A DNA stretch of 60,582 nt from Macrostomum lignano (Eukaryota): contig NIVC01004105.1 of the NCBI GenBank assembly GCA_002269645.1, positions 1-60,582 on the forward strand, in the 5' to 3' direction. The notes under the pieces are model-generated. The model worked only from the letters and a program-made list of their open reading frames with translations, was not told the origin of the DNA and made no database searches. A program made the position numbers and the translations under genes. Below, piece after piece: positions 1 to 13,178 of the stretch (position 1 is its first letter; each line of letters begins with the position of its first letter).

Positions 1-3000
1 AAGAAGGGGTCCAAGGAATGCACCAAGTGTCCTGCTGGAAGCGTGTGTACCAACGGCGCCTCCGAGCCGACCAAGTGCAAGCGGGAACGTTTGCGATCGC
101 CGGATCTAGCAAGTGTACACCGAGTCCACCGGGATCATTTCGTCGACAAGACTGGCTCGACAAGCGCTAAACCGTGTCCTGCAGGCACGTGGAGCGTAAA
201 GGCGCGGCCGCGTGTACGAACTGCGAGCCTGGAACAATCTCAACTGTCGCTCTTCGGCATGCACCCAGTGCCCGGCAGGAAGCATTGCTGACCGAGCCGG
301 GTTAAGCGCCTGCACTAAGTGTCCACCGGGTAGCTTCGCCAACAAGAAGGGTCCAAGGAATGCACCAAGTGTCCTGCTGGAAGCGTGTGTACCAACGGCG
401 CCTCCGAGCCGACCAAGTGCAAGGCGGGAACGTTTGCGATCGCCGGATCTAGCAAGTGTACACCGAGTCCACCGGGATCATTCGTCGACAAGACTGGCTC
501 GACAAGCGCTAAACCGTGTCCTGCAGGCACGTGGAGCGGTAAAGGCGCGGCCGCGTGTACGAACTGCGAGCCTGGAACAATCTCAACTGTCGGCTCTTCG
601 GCATGCACCCAGTGCCCGGCAGGAAGCATTGCTGACCGAGCCGGGTTAAGCGCCTGCACTAAGTGTCCACCGGTAGCTTCGCCAACAAGAAGGGGTCCAA
701 GGAATGCACCAAGTGTCCTGCTGGAAGCGTGTGTACAACGGCGCCTCCGAGCCGACCAAGTGCAAGGCGGGAACGTTTGCGATCGCCGGATCTAGCAAGT
801 GTACACCGAGTCCACCGGGATCATTCGTCGACAAGACTGGCTCGACAAGCGCTAAACCGTGTCCTGCAGGCACGTGGAGCGGTAAAGGCGCGGCCGCGTG
901 TACGAACTGCGAGCCTGGAACAATCTCAACTGTCGGCTCTTCGGCATGCACCCAGTGCCCGGCAGGAAGCATTGCTGACCGAGCCGGGTTAAGCGCCTGC
1001 ACTAAGTGTCCACCGGGTAGCTTCGCCAACAAGAAGGGGTCCAAGGAATGCACCAAGTGTCCTGCTGGAAGCGTGTGTACCAACGGCGCCTCCGAGCCGA
1101 CCAAGTGCAAGGCGGGAACGTTTGCGATCGCCGGATCTAGCAAGTGTACACCGAGTCCACCGGGATCATTCGTCGACAAGACTGGCTCGACAAGCGCTAA
1201 ACCGTGTCCTGCAGGCACGTGGAGCGGTAAAGGCGCGGCCGCGTGTACGAACTGCGAGCCTGGAACAATCTCAACTGTCGGCTCTTCGGCATGCACCCAG
1301 TGCCCGGCAGGAAGCATTGCTGACCGAGCCGGGTTAAGCGCCTGCACTAAGTGTCCACCGGGTAGCTTCGCCAACAAGAAGGGGTCCAAGGAATGCACCA
1401 AGTGTCCTGCTGGAAGCGTGTGTACCAACGGCGCCTCCGAGCCGACCAAGTGCAAGGCGGGAACGTTTGCGATCGCCGGATCTAGCAAGTGTACACCGAG
1501 TCCACCGGGATCATTCGTCGACAAGACTGGCTCGACAAGCGCTAAACCGTGTCCTGCAGGCACGTGGAGCGGTAAAGGCGCGGCCGCGTGTACGAACTGC
1601 GAGCCTGGAACAATCTCAACTGTCGGCTCTTCGGCATGCACCCAGTGCCCGGCAGGAAGCATTGCTGACCGAGCCGGGTTAAGCGCCTGCACTAAGTGTC
1701 CACCGGGTAGCTTCGCCAACAAGAAGGGGTCCAAGGAATGCACCAAGTGTCCTGCTGGAAGCGTGTGTACCAACGGCGCCTCCGAGCCGACCAAGTGCAA
1801 GGCGGGAACGTTTGCGATCGCCGGATCTAGCAAGTGTACACCGAGTCCACCGGGATCATTCGTCGACAAGACTGGCTCGACAAGCGCTAAACCGTGTCCT
1901 GCAGGCACGTGGAGCGGTAAAGGCGCGGCCGCGTGTACGAACTGCGAGCCTGGAACAATCTCAACTGTCGGCTCTTCGGCATGCACCCAGTGCCCGGCAG
2001 GAAGCATTGCTGACCGAGCCGGGTTAAGCGCCTGCACTAAGTGTCCACCGGGTAGCTTCGCCAACAAGAAGGGGTCCAAGGAATGCACCAAGTGTCCTGC
2101 TGGAAGCGTGTGTACCAACGGCGCCTCCGAGCCGACCAAGTGCAAGGCGGGAACGTTTGCGATCGCCGGATCTAGCAAGTGTACACCGAGTCCACCGGGA
2201 TCATTCGTCGACAAGACTGGCTCGACAAGCGCTAAACCGTGTCCTGCAGGCACGTGGAGCGGTAAAGGCGCGGCCGCGTGTACGAACTGCGAGCCTGGAA
2301 CAATCTCAACTGTCGGCTCTTCGGCATGCACCCAGTGCCCGGCAGGAAGCATTGCTGACCGAGCCGGGTTAAGCGCCTGCACTAAGTGTCCACCGGGTAG
2401 CTTCGCCAACAAGAAGGGGTCCAAGGAATGCACCAAGTGTCCTGCTGGAAGCGTGTGTACCAACGGCGCCTCCGAGCCGACCAAGTGCAAGGCGGGAACG
2501 TTTGCGATCGCCGGATCTAGCAAGTGTACACCGAGTCCACCGGGATCATTCGTCGACAAGACTGGCTCGACAAGCGCTAAACCGTGTCCTGCAGGCACGT
2601 GGAGCGGTAAAGGCGCGGCCGCGTGTACGAACTGCGAGCCTGGAACAATCTCAACTGTCGGCTCTTCGGCATGCACCCAGTGCCCGGCAGGAAGCATTGC
2701 TGACCGAGCCGGGTTAAGCGCCTGCACTAAGTGTCCACCGGGTAGCTTCGCCAACAAGAAGGGGTCCAAGGAATGCACCAAGTGTCCTGCTGGAAGCGTG
2801 TGTACCAACGGCGCCTCCGAGCCGACCAAGTGCAAGGCGGGAACGTTTGCGATCGCCGGATCTAGCAAGTGTACACCGAGTCCACCGGGATCATTCGTCG
2901 ACAAGACTGGCTCGACAAGCGCTAAACCGTGTCCTGCAGGCACGTGGAGCGGTAAAGGCGCGGCCGCGTGTACGAACTGCGAGCCTGGAACAATCTCAAC

Positions 3001-6000
3001 TGTCGGCTCTTCGGCATGCACCCAGTGCCCGGCAGGAAGCATTGCTGACCGAGCCGGGTTAAGCGCCTGCACTAAGTGTCCACCGGGTAGCTTCGCCAAC
3101 AAGAAGGGGTCCAAGGAATGCACCAAGTGTCCTGCTGGAAGCGTGTGTACCAACGGCGCCTCCGAGCCGACCAAGTGCAAGGCGGGAACGTTTGCGATCG
3201 CCGGATCTAGCAAGTGTACACCGAGTCCACCGGGATCATTCGTCGACAAGACTGGCTCGACAAGCGCTAAACCGTGTCCTGCAGGCACGTGGAGCGGTAA
3301 AGGCGCGGCCGCGTGTACGAACTGCGAGCCTGGAACAATCTCAACTGTCGGCTCTTCGGCATGCACCCAGTGCCCGGCAGGAAGCATTGCTGACCGAGCC
3401 GGGTTAAGCGCCTGCACTAAGTGTCCACCGGGTAGCTTCGCCAACAAGAAGGGGTCCAAGGAATGCACCAAGTGTCCTGCTGGAAGCGTGTGTACCAACG
3501 GCGCCTCCGAGCCGACCAAGTGCAAGGCGGGAACGTTTGCGATCGCCGGATCTAGCAAGTGTACACCGAGTCCACCGGGATCATTCGTCGACAAGACTGG
3601 CTCGACAAGCGCTAAACCGTGTCCTGCAGGCACGTGGAGCGGTAAAGGCGCGGCCGCGTGTACGAACTGCGAGCCTGGAACAATCTCAACTGTCGGCTCT
3701 TCGGCATGCACCCAGTGCCCGGCAGGAAGCATTGCTGACCGAGCCGGGTTAAGCGCCTGCACTAAGTGTCCACCGGGTAGCTTCGCCAACAAGAAGGGGT
3801 CCAAGGAATGCACCAAGTGTCCTGCTGGAAGCGTGTGTACCAACGGCGCCTCCGAGCCGACCAAGTGCAAGGCGGGAACGTTTGCGATCGCCGGATCTAG
3901 CAAGTGTACACCGAGTCCACCGGGATCATTCGTCGACAAGACTGGCTCGACAAGCGCTAAACCGTGTCCTGCAGGCACGTGGAGCGGTAAAGGCGCGGCC
4001 GCGTGTACGAACTGCGAGCCTGGAACAATCTCAACTGTCGGCTCTTCGGCATGCACCCAGTGCCCGGCAGGAAGCATTGCTGACCGAGCCGGGTTAAGCG
4101 CCTGCACTAAGTGTCCACCGGGTAGCTTCGCCAACAAGAAGGGGTCCAAGGAATGCACCAAGTGTCCTGCTGGAAGCGTGTGTACCAACGGCGCCTCCGA
4201 GCCGACCAAGTGCAAGGCGGGAACGTTTGCGATCGCCGGATCTAGCAAGTGTACACCGAGTCCACCGGGATCATTCGTCGACAAGACTGGCTCGACAAGC
4301 GCTAAACCGTGTCCTGCAGGCACGTGGAGCGGTAAAGGCGCGGCCGCGTGTACGAACTGCGAGCCTGGAACAATCTCAACTGTCGGCTCTTCGGCATGCA
4401 CCCAGTGCCCGGCAGGAAGCATTGCTGACCGAGCCGGGTTAAGCGCCTGCACTAAGTGTCCACCGGGTAGCTTCGCCAACAAGAAGGGGTCCAAGGAATG
4501 CACCAAGTGTCCTGCTGGAAGCGTGTGTACCAACGGCGCCTCCGAGCCGACCAAGTGCAAGGCGGGAACGTTTGCGATCGCCGGATCTAGCAAGTGTACA
4601 CCGAGTCCACCGGGATCATTCGTCGACAAGACTGGCTCGACAAGCGCTAAACCGTGTCCTGCAGGCACGTGGAGCGGTAAAGGCGCGGCCGCGTGTACGA
4701 ACTGCGAGCCTGGAACAATCTCAACTGTCGGCTCTTCGGCATGCACCCAGTGCCCGGCAGGAAGCATTGCTGACCGAGCCGGGTTAAGCGCCTGCACTAA
4801 GTGTCCACCGGGTAGCTTCGCCAACAAGAAGGGGTCCAAGGAATGCACCAAGTGTCCTGCTGGAAGCGTGTGTACCAACGGCGCCTCCGAGCCGACCAAG
4901 TGCAAGGCGGGAACGTTTGCGATCGCCGGATCTAGCAAGTGTACACCGAGTCCACCGGGATCATTCGTCGACAAGACTGGCTCGACAAGCGCTAAACCGT
5001 GTCCTGCAGGCACGTGGAGCGGTAAAGGCGCGGCCGCGTGTACGAACTGCGAGCCTGGAACAATCTCAACTGTCGGCTCTTCGGCATGCACCCAGTGCCC
5101 GGCAGGAAGCATTGCTGACCGAGCCGGGTTAAGCGCCTGCACTAAGTGTCCACCGGGTAGCTTCGCCAACAAGAAGGGGTCCAAGGAATGCACCAAGTGT
5201 CCTGCTGGAAGCGTGTGTACCAACGGCGCCTCCGAGCCGACCAAGTGCAAGGCGGGAACGTTTGCGATCGCCGGATCTAGCAAGTGTACACCGAGTCCAC
5301 CGGGATCATTCGTCGACAAGACTGGCTCGACAAGCGCTAAACCGTGTCCTGCAGGCACGTGGAGCGGTAAAGGCGCGGCCGCGTGTACGAACTGCGAGCC
5401 TGGAACAATCTCAACTGTCGGCTCTTCGGCATGCACCCAGTGCCCGGCAGGAAGCATTGCTGACCGAGCCGGGTTAAGCGCCTGCACTAAGTGTCCACCG
5501 GGTAGCTTCGCCAACAAGAAGGGGTCCAAGGAATGCACCAAGTGTCCTGCTGGAAGCGTGTGTACCAACGGCGCCTCCGAGCCGACCAAGTGCAAGGCGG
5601 GAACGTTTGCGATCGCCGGATCTAGCAAGTGTACACCGAGTCCACCGGGATCATTCGTCGACAAGACTGGCTCGACAAGCGCTAAACCGTGTCCTGCAGG
5701 CACGTGGAGCGGTAAAGGCGCGGCCGCGTGTACGAACTGCGAGCCTGGAACAATCTCAACTGTCGGCTCTTCGGCATGCACCCAGTGCCCGGCAGGAAGC
5801 ATTGCTGACCGAGCCGGGTTAAGCGCCTGCACTAAGTGTCCACCGGGTAGCTTCGCCAACAAGAAGGGGTCCAAGGAATGCACCAAGTGTCCTGCTGGAA
5901 GCGTGTGTACCAACGGCGCCTCCGAGCCGACCAAGTGCAAGGCGGGAACGTTTGCGATCGCCGGATCTAGCAAGTGTACACCGAGTCCACCGGGATCATT

Positions 6001-8995
6001 CGTCGACAAGACTGGCTCGACAAGCGCTAAACCGTGTCCTGCAGGCACGTGGAGCGGTAAAGGCGCGGCCGCGTGTACGAACTGCGAGCCTGGAACAATC
6101 TCAACTGTCGGCTCTTCGGCATGCACCCAGTGCCCGGCAGGAAGCATTGCTGACCGAGCCGGGTTAAGCGCCTGCACTAAGTGTCCACCGGGTAGCTTCG
6201 CCAACAAGAAGGGGTCCAAGGAATGCACCAAGTGTCCTGCTGGAAGCGTGTGTACCAACGGCGCCTCCGAGCCGACCAAGTGCAAGGCGGGAACGTTTGC
6301 GATCGCCGGATCTAGCAAGTGTACACCGAGTCCACCGGGATCATTCGTCGACAAGACTGGCTCGACAAGCGCTAAACCGTGTCCTGCAGGCACGTGGAGC
6401 GGTAAAGGCGCGGCCGCGTGTACGAACTGCGAGCCTGGAACAATCTCAACTGTCGGCTCTTCGGCATGCACCCAGTGCCCGGCAGGAAGCATTGCTGACC
6501 GAGCCGGGTTAAGCGCCTGCACTAAGTGTCCACCGGGTAGCTTCGCCAACAAGAAGGGGTCCAAGGAATGCACCAAGTGTCCTGCTGGAAGCGTGTGTAC
6601 CAACGGCGCCTCCGAGCCGACCAAGTGCAAGGCGGGAACGTTTGCGATCGCCGGATCTAGCAAGTGTACACCGAGTCCACCGGGATCATTCGTCGACAAG
6701 ACTGGCTCGACAAGCGCTAAACCGTGTCCTGCAGGCACGTGGAGCGGTAAAGGCGCGGCCGCGTGTACGAACTGCGAGCCTGGAACAATCTCAACTGTCG
6801 GCTCTTCGGCATGCACCCAGTGCCCGGCAGGAAGCATTGCTGACCGAGCCGGGTTAAGCGCCTGCACTAAGTGTCCACCGGGTAGCTTCGCCAACAAGAA
6901 GGGGTCCAAGGAATGCACCAAGTGTCCTGCTGGAAGCGTGTGTACCAACGGCGCCTCCGAGCCGACCAAGTGCAAGGCGGGAACGTTTGCGATCGCCGGA
7001 TCTAGCAAGTGTACACCGAGTCCACCGGGATCATTCGTCGACAAGACTGGCTCGACAAGCGCTAAACCGTGTCCTGCAGGCACGTGGAGCGGTAAAGGCG
7101 CGGCCGCGTGTACGAACTGCGAGCCTGGAACAATCTCAACTGTCGGCTCTTCGGCATGCACCCAGTGCCCGGCAGGAAGCATTGCTGACCGAGCCGGGTT
7201 AAGCGCCTGCACTAAGTGTCCACCGGGTAGCTTCGCCAACAAGAAGGGGTCCAAGGAATGCACCAAGTGTCCTGCTGGAAGCGTGTGTACCAACGGCGCC
7301 TCCGAGCCGACCAAGTGCAAGGCGGGAACGTTTGCGATCGCCGGATCTAGCAAGTGTACACCGAGTCCACCGGGATCATTCGTCGACAAGACTGGCTCGA
7401 CAAGCGCTAAACCGTGTCCTGCAGGCACGTGGAGCGGTAAAGGCGCGGCCGCGTGTACGAACTGCGAGCCTGGAACAATCTCAACTGTCGGCTCTTCGGC
7501 ATGCACCCAGTGCCCGGCAGGAAGCATTGCTGACCGAGCCGGGTTAAGCGCCTGCACTAAGTGTCCACCGGGTAGCTTCGCCAACAAGAAGGGGTCCAAG
7601 GAATGCACCAAGTGTCCTGCTGGAAGCGTGTGTACCAACGGCGCCTCCGAGCCGACCAAGTGCAAGGCGGGAACGTTTGCGATCGCCGGATCTAGCAAGT
7701 GTACACCGAGTCCACCGGGATCATTCGTCGACAAGACTGGCTCGACAAGCGCTAAACCGTGTCCTGCAGGCACGTGGAGCGGTAAAGGCGCGGCCGCGTG
7801 TACGAACTGCGAGCCTGGAACAATCTCAACTGTCGGCTCTTCGGCATGCACCCAGTGCCCGGCAGGAAGCATTGCTGACCGAGCCGGGTTAAGCGCCTGC
7901 ACTAAGTGTCCACCGGGTAGCTTCGCCAACAAGAAGGGGTCCAAGGAATGCACCAAGTGTCCTGCTGGAAGCGTGTGTACCAACGGCGCCTCCGAGCCGA
8001 CCAAGTGCAAGGCGGGAACGTTTGCGATCGCCGGATCTAGCAAGTGTACACCGAGTCCACCGGGATCATTCGTCGACAAGACTGGCTCGACAAGCGCTAA
8101 ACCGTGTCCTGCAGGCACGTGGAGCGGTAAAGGCGCGGCCGCGTGTACGAACTGCGAGCCTGGAACAATCTCAACTGTCGGCTCTTCGGCATGCACCCAG
8201 TGCCCGGCAGGAAGCATTGCTGACCGAGCCGGGTTAAGCGCCTGCACTAAGTGTCCACCGGGTAGCTTCGCCAACAAGAAGGGGTCCAAGGAATGCACCA
8301 AGTGTCCTGCTGGAAGCGTGTGTACCAACGGCGCCTCCGAGCCGACCAAGTGCAAGGCGGGAACGTTTGCGATCGCCGGATCTAGCAAGTGTACACCGAG
8401 TCCACCGGGATCATTCGTCGACAAGACTGGCTCGACAAGCGCTAAACCGTGTCCTGCAGGCACGTGGAGCGGTAAAGGCGCGGCCGCGTGTACGAACTGC
8501 GAGCCTGGAACAATCTCAACTGTCGGCTCTTCGGCATGCACCCAGTGCCCGGCAGGAAGCATTGCTGACCGAGCCGGGTTAAGCGCCTGCACTAAGTGTC
8601 CACCGGGTAGCTTCGCCAACAAGAAGGGGTCCAAGGAATGCACCAAGTGTCCTGCTGGAAGCGTGTGTACCAACGGCGCCTCCGAGCCGACCAAGTGCAA
8701 GGCGGGAACGTTTGCGATCGCCGGATCTAGCAAGTGTACACCGAGTCCACCGGGATCATTCGTCGACAAGACTGGCTCGACAAGCGCTAAACCGTGTCCT
8801 GCAGGCACGTGGAGCGGTAAAGGCGCGGCCGCGTGTACGAACTGCGAGCCTGGAACAATCTCAACTGTCGGCTCTTCGGCATGCACCCAGTGCCGGCAGG
8901 AAGCATTGCTGACCGAGCCGGGTTAAGCGCCTGCACTAAGTGTCCACCGGGTAGCTTCGCCAACAAGAAGGGGTCCAAGGAATGCACCAAGTGTC
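1..8995 (+). repeat. 345-bp coding tandem array, ~26 copies, essentially identical
   Basis: The same shadow ORF recurs every 345 bp (1122, 1467, ... 8712). Internal copies appear identical on reading. Confidence 0.97.
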
Positions 8996-10371
8996 CTGCT
9001 GGATATTTTTCTTCGACTTTGAATTCAATAGAATGCACCCCTAGTCCTGCTGGCTATTTTATAAATGGAGTCGGTTCGACCTCCTATAATCCTTGTCCCG
9101 TAGGCACCTGGAGTGGACTTGGTTCAAGTGCGTGTACTGCCTGCATCCCTGGATCATTTTCCTCGTCTGCTGGATCTTCTTCTTGCAGACGATGTTCTCC
9201 TGGAACTTTTGCTAATTCTAACGGCTCAAGTGAGTGCAAACCTTGTCCGCCTGGCAGATACAGCGGCCATAGCGGTGCCTCTTTGTGCGAGTTATGCAAT
9301 GCAGGCAGCTGGAGCCGTTCGGGTGCTTTGTCCTGCCGCTTGTGCCCCAAGGGTCATTTTTCGCCTGCTGGATCAAGGCACTGCATTCAATGTTCGGGGG
9401 GCACTTTTGCAGATCGGGAGGGCACCTCTAGCTGCACGATGTGCCCCCCTGGCAGCGTGGCTGAGGAGCCTGGCTCTACGCGTTGCAGTCTTTGCCGGGT
9501 AGGGCAATACGCGCCAAGCCCTGGTTCAGACAAATGCTTTGATTGTTTCCCTGGCTACTTCACGAACAAAACTGGTAGTAGCACCTGCACGCCCTGCCCC
9601 CCTGGCACGCGATCCAGTATTCAGCGGGCTACCGAATGCATACAGTGCAACTTGGAGAACAATTTGTCATATCGATCTGGTATGAGCATATGCGACGAGT
9701 GCCCCGAGTTCGCCCCGACACTCACAAAATATAAATGTTATGGTGAGCTGATTTTATAAATTTATTTTCCGTTTTACTTTTTTGTAGTTAGCTTTTTGGG
9801 GACATTGTCAACGACTTGACCTGACAGGAGTTTATTGCTAATCGAGCGTCACAAGTTGTGGCCTGAGGCAGTCCCTGTGCCAGTAGGACGGGATACCAGC
9901 TTTGGAGCTATTTTTAGACATCTGTTCGGGACGGTACTCATAATTTACTTATATTGGAACTTATAAAAACGTGAATAAAAATTATATCCACTTTCCCACC
10001 GACATTTAGATCGAGTTAATACCGAGTGCTCTTCTAAAGACGGCATATCGAAAACGTGCAGGTATTCTATAGACTTGAATGTGTGGTCGTACGGAGTCGC
10101 TTACGCTGATGGTCCCGGGCGTGACTTTCTGTTTTACACGTTTTCGAAGACAGTTGATATAAAAAAGTTTCTTTTAATGGCAAAGTCAAACGCCAGAAGC
10201 AGCGCAGAGAACTTGAATTTCCGATGCCTGCCATCCGGCAAGGAGAAACACTTCCCAACGTTCAGGCGGTACAATAACTTTGAATGCGCGAATGCGCAAG
10301 CAATGGAGGTCACGCCGAAGCCATATCACAAGGTCATCATTATTGAGTTGGCGTTTTTCTATAAAGAGTAG
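1..10371 (+). CDS. Giant Cys-rich repeat protein A (CxxC-P-x-G repeats, GCC2/GCC3 / Ephrin_rec_like type) with C-terminal lectin-like domain; 5' partial
   Basis: ORF 704-8926 is a 115-aa unit with 12 Cys, repeated. It continues via ORF 8833-9759 into diverged Cys repeats. Donor G|GTGAGC at 9742/9743 (phase 1) and acceptor CATTTAG| at 10009/10010 join in frame: KCY-D-RVNTECSSKDGISKTCRYSIDLNVWS...IIIELAFFYKE* (stop 10371). Single-base deletions at ~82, ~198, ~249, ~350, ~672, ~736 and ~8894 break the frame at the array edges. Confidence 0.8.
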
Positions 10372-10645
10372 GCAAACGCCGTGCGAAACTGAGTATGCGC
10401 TGGATTAATAAAATACACAAGACTTGAATGTATAATCAAAATTTTGATTTTGCCTTTCGAGTGAGTCACTCGCATTTTATACTGTGCTGCTAACGACCAC
10501 CAAGGTCATACAACTTACAGATTTGGTTTATAGCTTGCACATTCGTGGGGACATTTAATGTGAAAGCGTTTAGTGGTGAAACAGTTCATCGAGGATCCCG
10601 ACAGTACGTTTGCACACGAGCAAATCCCACCGACATGTAGATCCT

Positions 10646-11790
10646 CAGAAAATCATGAAAATTATTTGCAAAGCTTCTGAACACTTCTGCACGCGTAGAA
10701 TAATTCATTCATGGTCGAGAGCCCCAAGGCACAAGAAATCGGCGTGTTGGACACTTCAGGCCCCATCAGAAAATCATGAAAATTATTTGCAAAGCTTCTG
10801 AACACTTCTGCACGCGTAGAATAATTCATTCATGGTCGAGAGCCCCAAGGCACAAGAAATCGGCGTGTTGGACACTTCAGGCCCCATCAGAAAATCATGA
10901 AAATTATTTGCAAAGCTTCTGAACACTTCTGCACGCGTAGAATAATTCATTCATGGTCGAGAGCCCCAAGGCACAAGAAATCGGCGTGTTGGACACTTCA
11001 GGCCCCATCAGAAAATCATGAAAATTATTTGCAAAGCTTCTGAACACTTCTGCACGCGTAGAATAATTCATTCATGGTCGAGAGCCCCAAGGCACAAGAA
11101 ATCGGCGTGTTGGACACTTCAGGCCCCATCAGAAAATCATGAAAATTATTTGCAAAGCTTCTGAACACTTCTGCACGCGTAGAATAATTCATTCATGGTC
11201 GAGAGCCCCAAGGCACAAGAAATCGGCGTGTTGGACACTTCAGGCCCCATCAGAAAATCATGAAAATTATTTGCAAAGCTTCTGAACACTTCTGCACGCG
11301 TAGAATAATTCATTCATGGTCGAGAGCCCCAAGGCACAAGAAATCGGCGTGTTGGACACTTCAGGCCCCATCAGAAAATCATGAAAATTATTTGCAAAGC
11401 TTCTGAACACTTCTGCACGCGTAGAATAATTCATTCATGGTCGAGAGCCCCAAGGCACAAGAAATCGGCGTGTTGGACACTTCAGGCCCCATCAGAAAAT
11501 CATGAAAATTATTTGCAAAGCTTCTGAACAATTCCGCACGCGTAGAATAATTCATTCATGGTCGAGAGCCCCAAGGCACAAGAAATCGGCGTGTTGGACA
11601 CTTCAGGCCCCATCAGAAAATCATGAAAATTATTTGCAAAGCTTCTGAACACCTGCACGCGTAGAATAATTCATTCATGGTCGAGAGCCCCAAGGCACAA
11701 GAAATCGGCGTGTTGGACACTTCAGGCCCCATCAGAAAATCATGAAAATTATTTGCAAAGCTTCTGAACAATTCCGCACGCGTAGAATTC
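10646..11790. repeat. 121-bp non-coding tandem repeat, ~9.5 copies plus a diverged partial unit
   Basis: CAGAAAATCATGAAAATTATTTGCAAAGCTTCTGAACAC... recurs at 10646, 10767, etc. A diverged copy follows to ~11850. Confidence 0.95.
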
Positions 11791-12769
11791 ATGCATGCTG
11801 GAAGCCTCAAAGGCAGAAAAACCGGCGTGTTGGACACTTTAGGCCCCAATGCGCTCGTCACGTCTGCTAACACCTGCCATTTTTTCATGCGAACATGGGT
11901 GTGGCCGGTGGATCTCGAGTCCGTTTGCCACTTCTTGTTATCGATTGTCCAGTTTATGAAGTTTTAATTATATATTTAGTATAGGTGGATTACCTCCAAG
12001 GTTTCACTGACGTCTCTCACAATAGCACATGCGTATTGTTAAAATTGGTTTGATGCAGGCTGGCTTACTTTACTCTACAATTCCGTCACAGGCCTTCCGT
12101 GTGCATGCCTTCGTTGTCTCTGTTTACTCTGTTTTCTCTCCCTGTCTAGGCCACAGATACAATAACTAGATGGGCCACTCAGGCATATATACTTAGCAAA
12201 ACAGCTTTCTACTTTCAGTTCAGTAGCAAAGAATAATATAGACACTTTATAAAAATTTTATAAAAAGGCAGTTTAAAATGACTGATAAGTTTAGAAGCCC
12301 ACAGAAGACGTAAACAACTTGCTAATTGGTTCACCCATAATGTACATGGGCCACTGGAATGTACATGGCAGCTTTAGGCTGGAATTCCGAGAACGGAAAT
12401 AAAATTGGTGGGGGGGGGGGCGGGCGAGGGGTAGTGTGGTGTGGAAAGGCGCGGTTGGAAGGTTGAAGCTGGTGGGTAAGAGCCAATAAATTGAGCCTTG
12501 GCTTTAAAATACATCAAAATGCTTGTTTGACTTACTACTGAACTGAAAGTAGATTACACGCAAATGTGCTGAGTGGCCCATCTAATTCTATTATCTGTGG
12601 TCTGGCCAGTTCAGTCTCGTTCTTCTTATCTCTCTCCCTCGTTGCCTTCTGGCTAACTGGATAAATGCAAAAGCCGTGTATCAGGAGGCTCAATTGAGAC
12701 GGTTTCAATGCCAATTTTGCTTGGTCTTTCAAATAATTTGAATCAGAAATGATATTTCGGTTCCGGAGT

Positions 12770-12775
12770 TTTATT
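12770..12775 (-). promoter_or_regulatory. Possible polyadenylation signal (AATAAA) for SNAP29
   Basis: Plus-strand TTTATT about 400 nt past the SNAP29 stop; motif only. Confidence 0.3.
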
Positions 12776-13178
12776 AATTTAAGATATCCGGGGTGAAAGC
12801 ATCCCATTGACGTCTGGAGTGTTAGTGAGGTAAAAAACCATTCAACACGAGTCCCGAGTAAGCATATAAATCATCTATTCAATCAACTAATGTGAAGTTT
12901 AGCTTTTCAAATACAGACGCATATGTAATCATAAATTACTTTTACATGAAAGAAATAAAGTGAAGAGAGCAGGCAGAATTTGATTAATTTGTTTTTTATA
13001 GAGAGAATCCAATCCAATCCAAAAAATCAATAATCGAACGCAAGTTCTGAGTAAGCAGGTTTGGGGCACACAGGTCAGAGTTGCCTGCACAGCTTATACC
13101 CGCGACTGCTAATAAGACACAGCGACAAGGAATTGCGTCATACTCGTGCGGGAATTCTCGGGCAGCATCGGGCCGGGC

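Noticed and set aside
646-8886. 2746-aa antisense ORF across the 345-bp array (and antisense ORFs at 57565-60302)
   Set aside because: One stop-free unit repeated gives a long ORF automatically. The peptide is the reverse-complement shadow of Cys/Lys/Thr codons and has no unique flanking coding sequence.
1122-8912. Series of identical 71-aa ORFs
   Set aside because: Alternative-frame shadows of the 345-bp coding unit.
9780-9945. Possible extra Cys-containing exon inside the intron of Cys-rich gene A
   Set aside because: The phase-compatible frame contains TAA and TAG, and the flanking exons already join in frame without it.
10646-11790. CRISPR-like appearance of regular repeats
   Set aside because: Units are contiguous with no unique spacers, there are no cas genes, and the context is eukaryotic. 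The same applies to all other arrays here.
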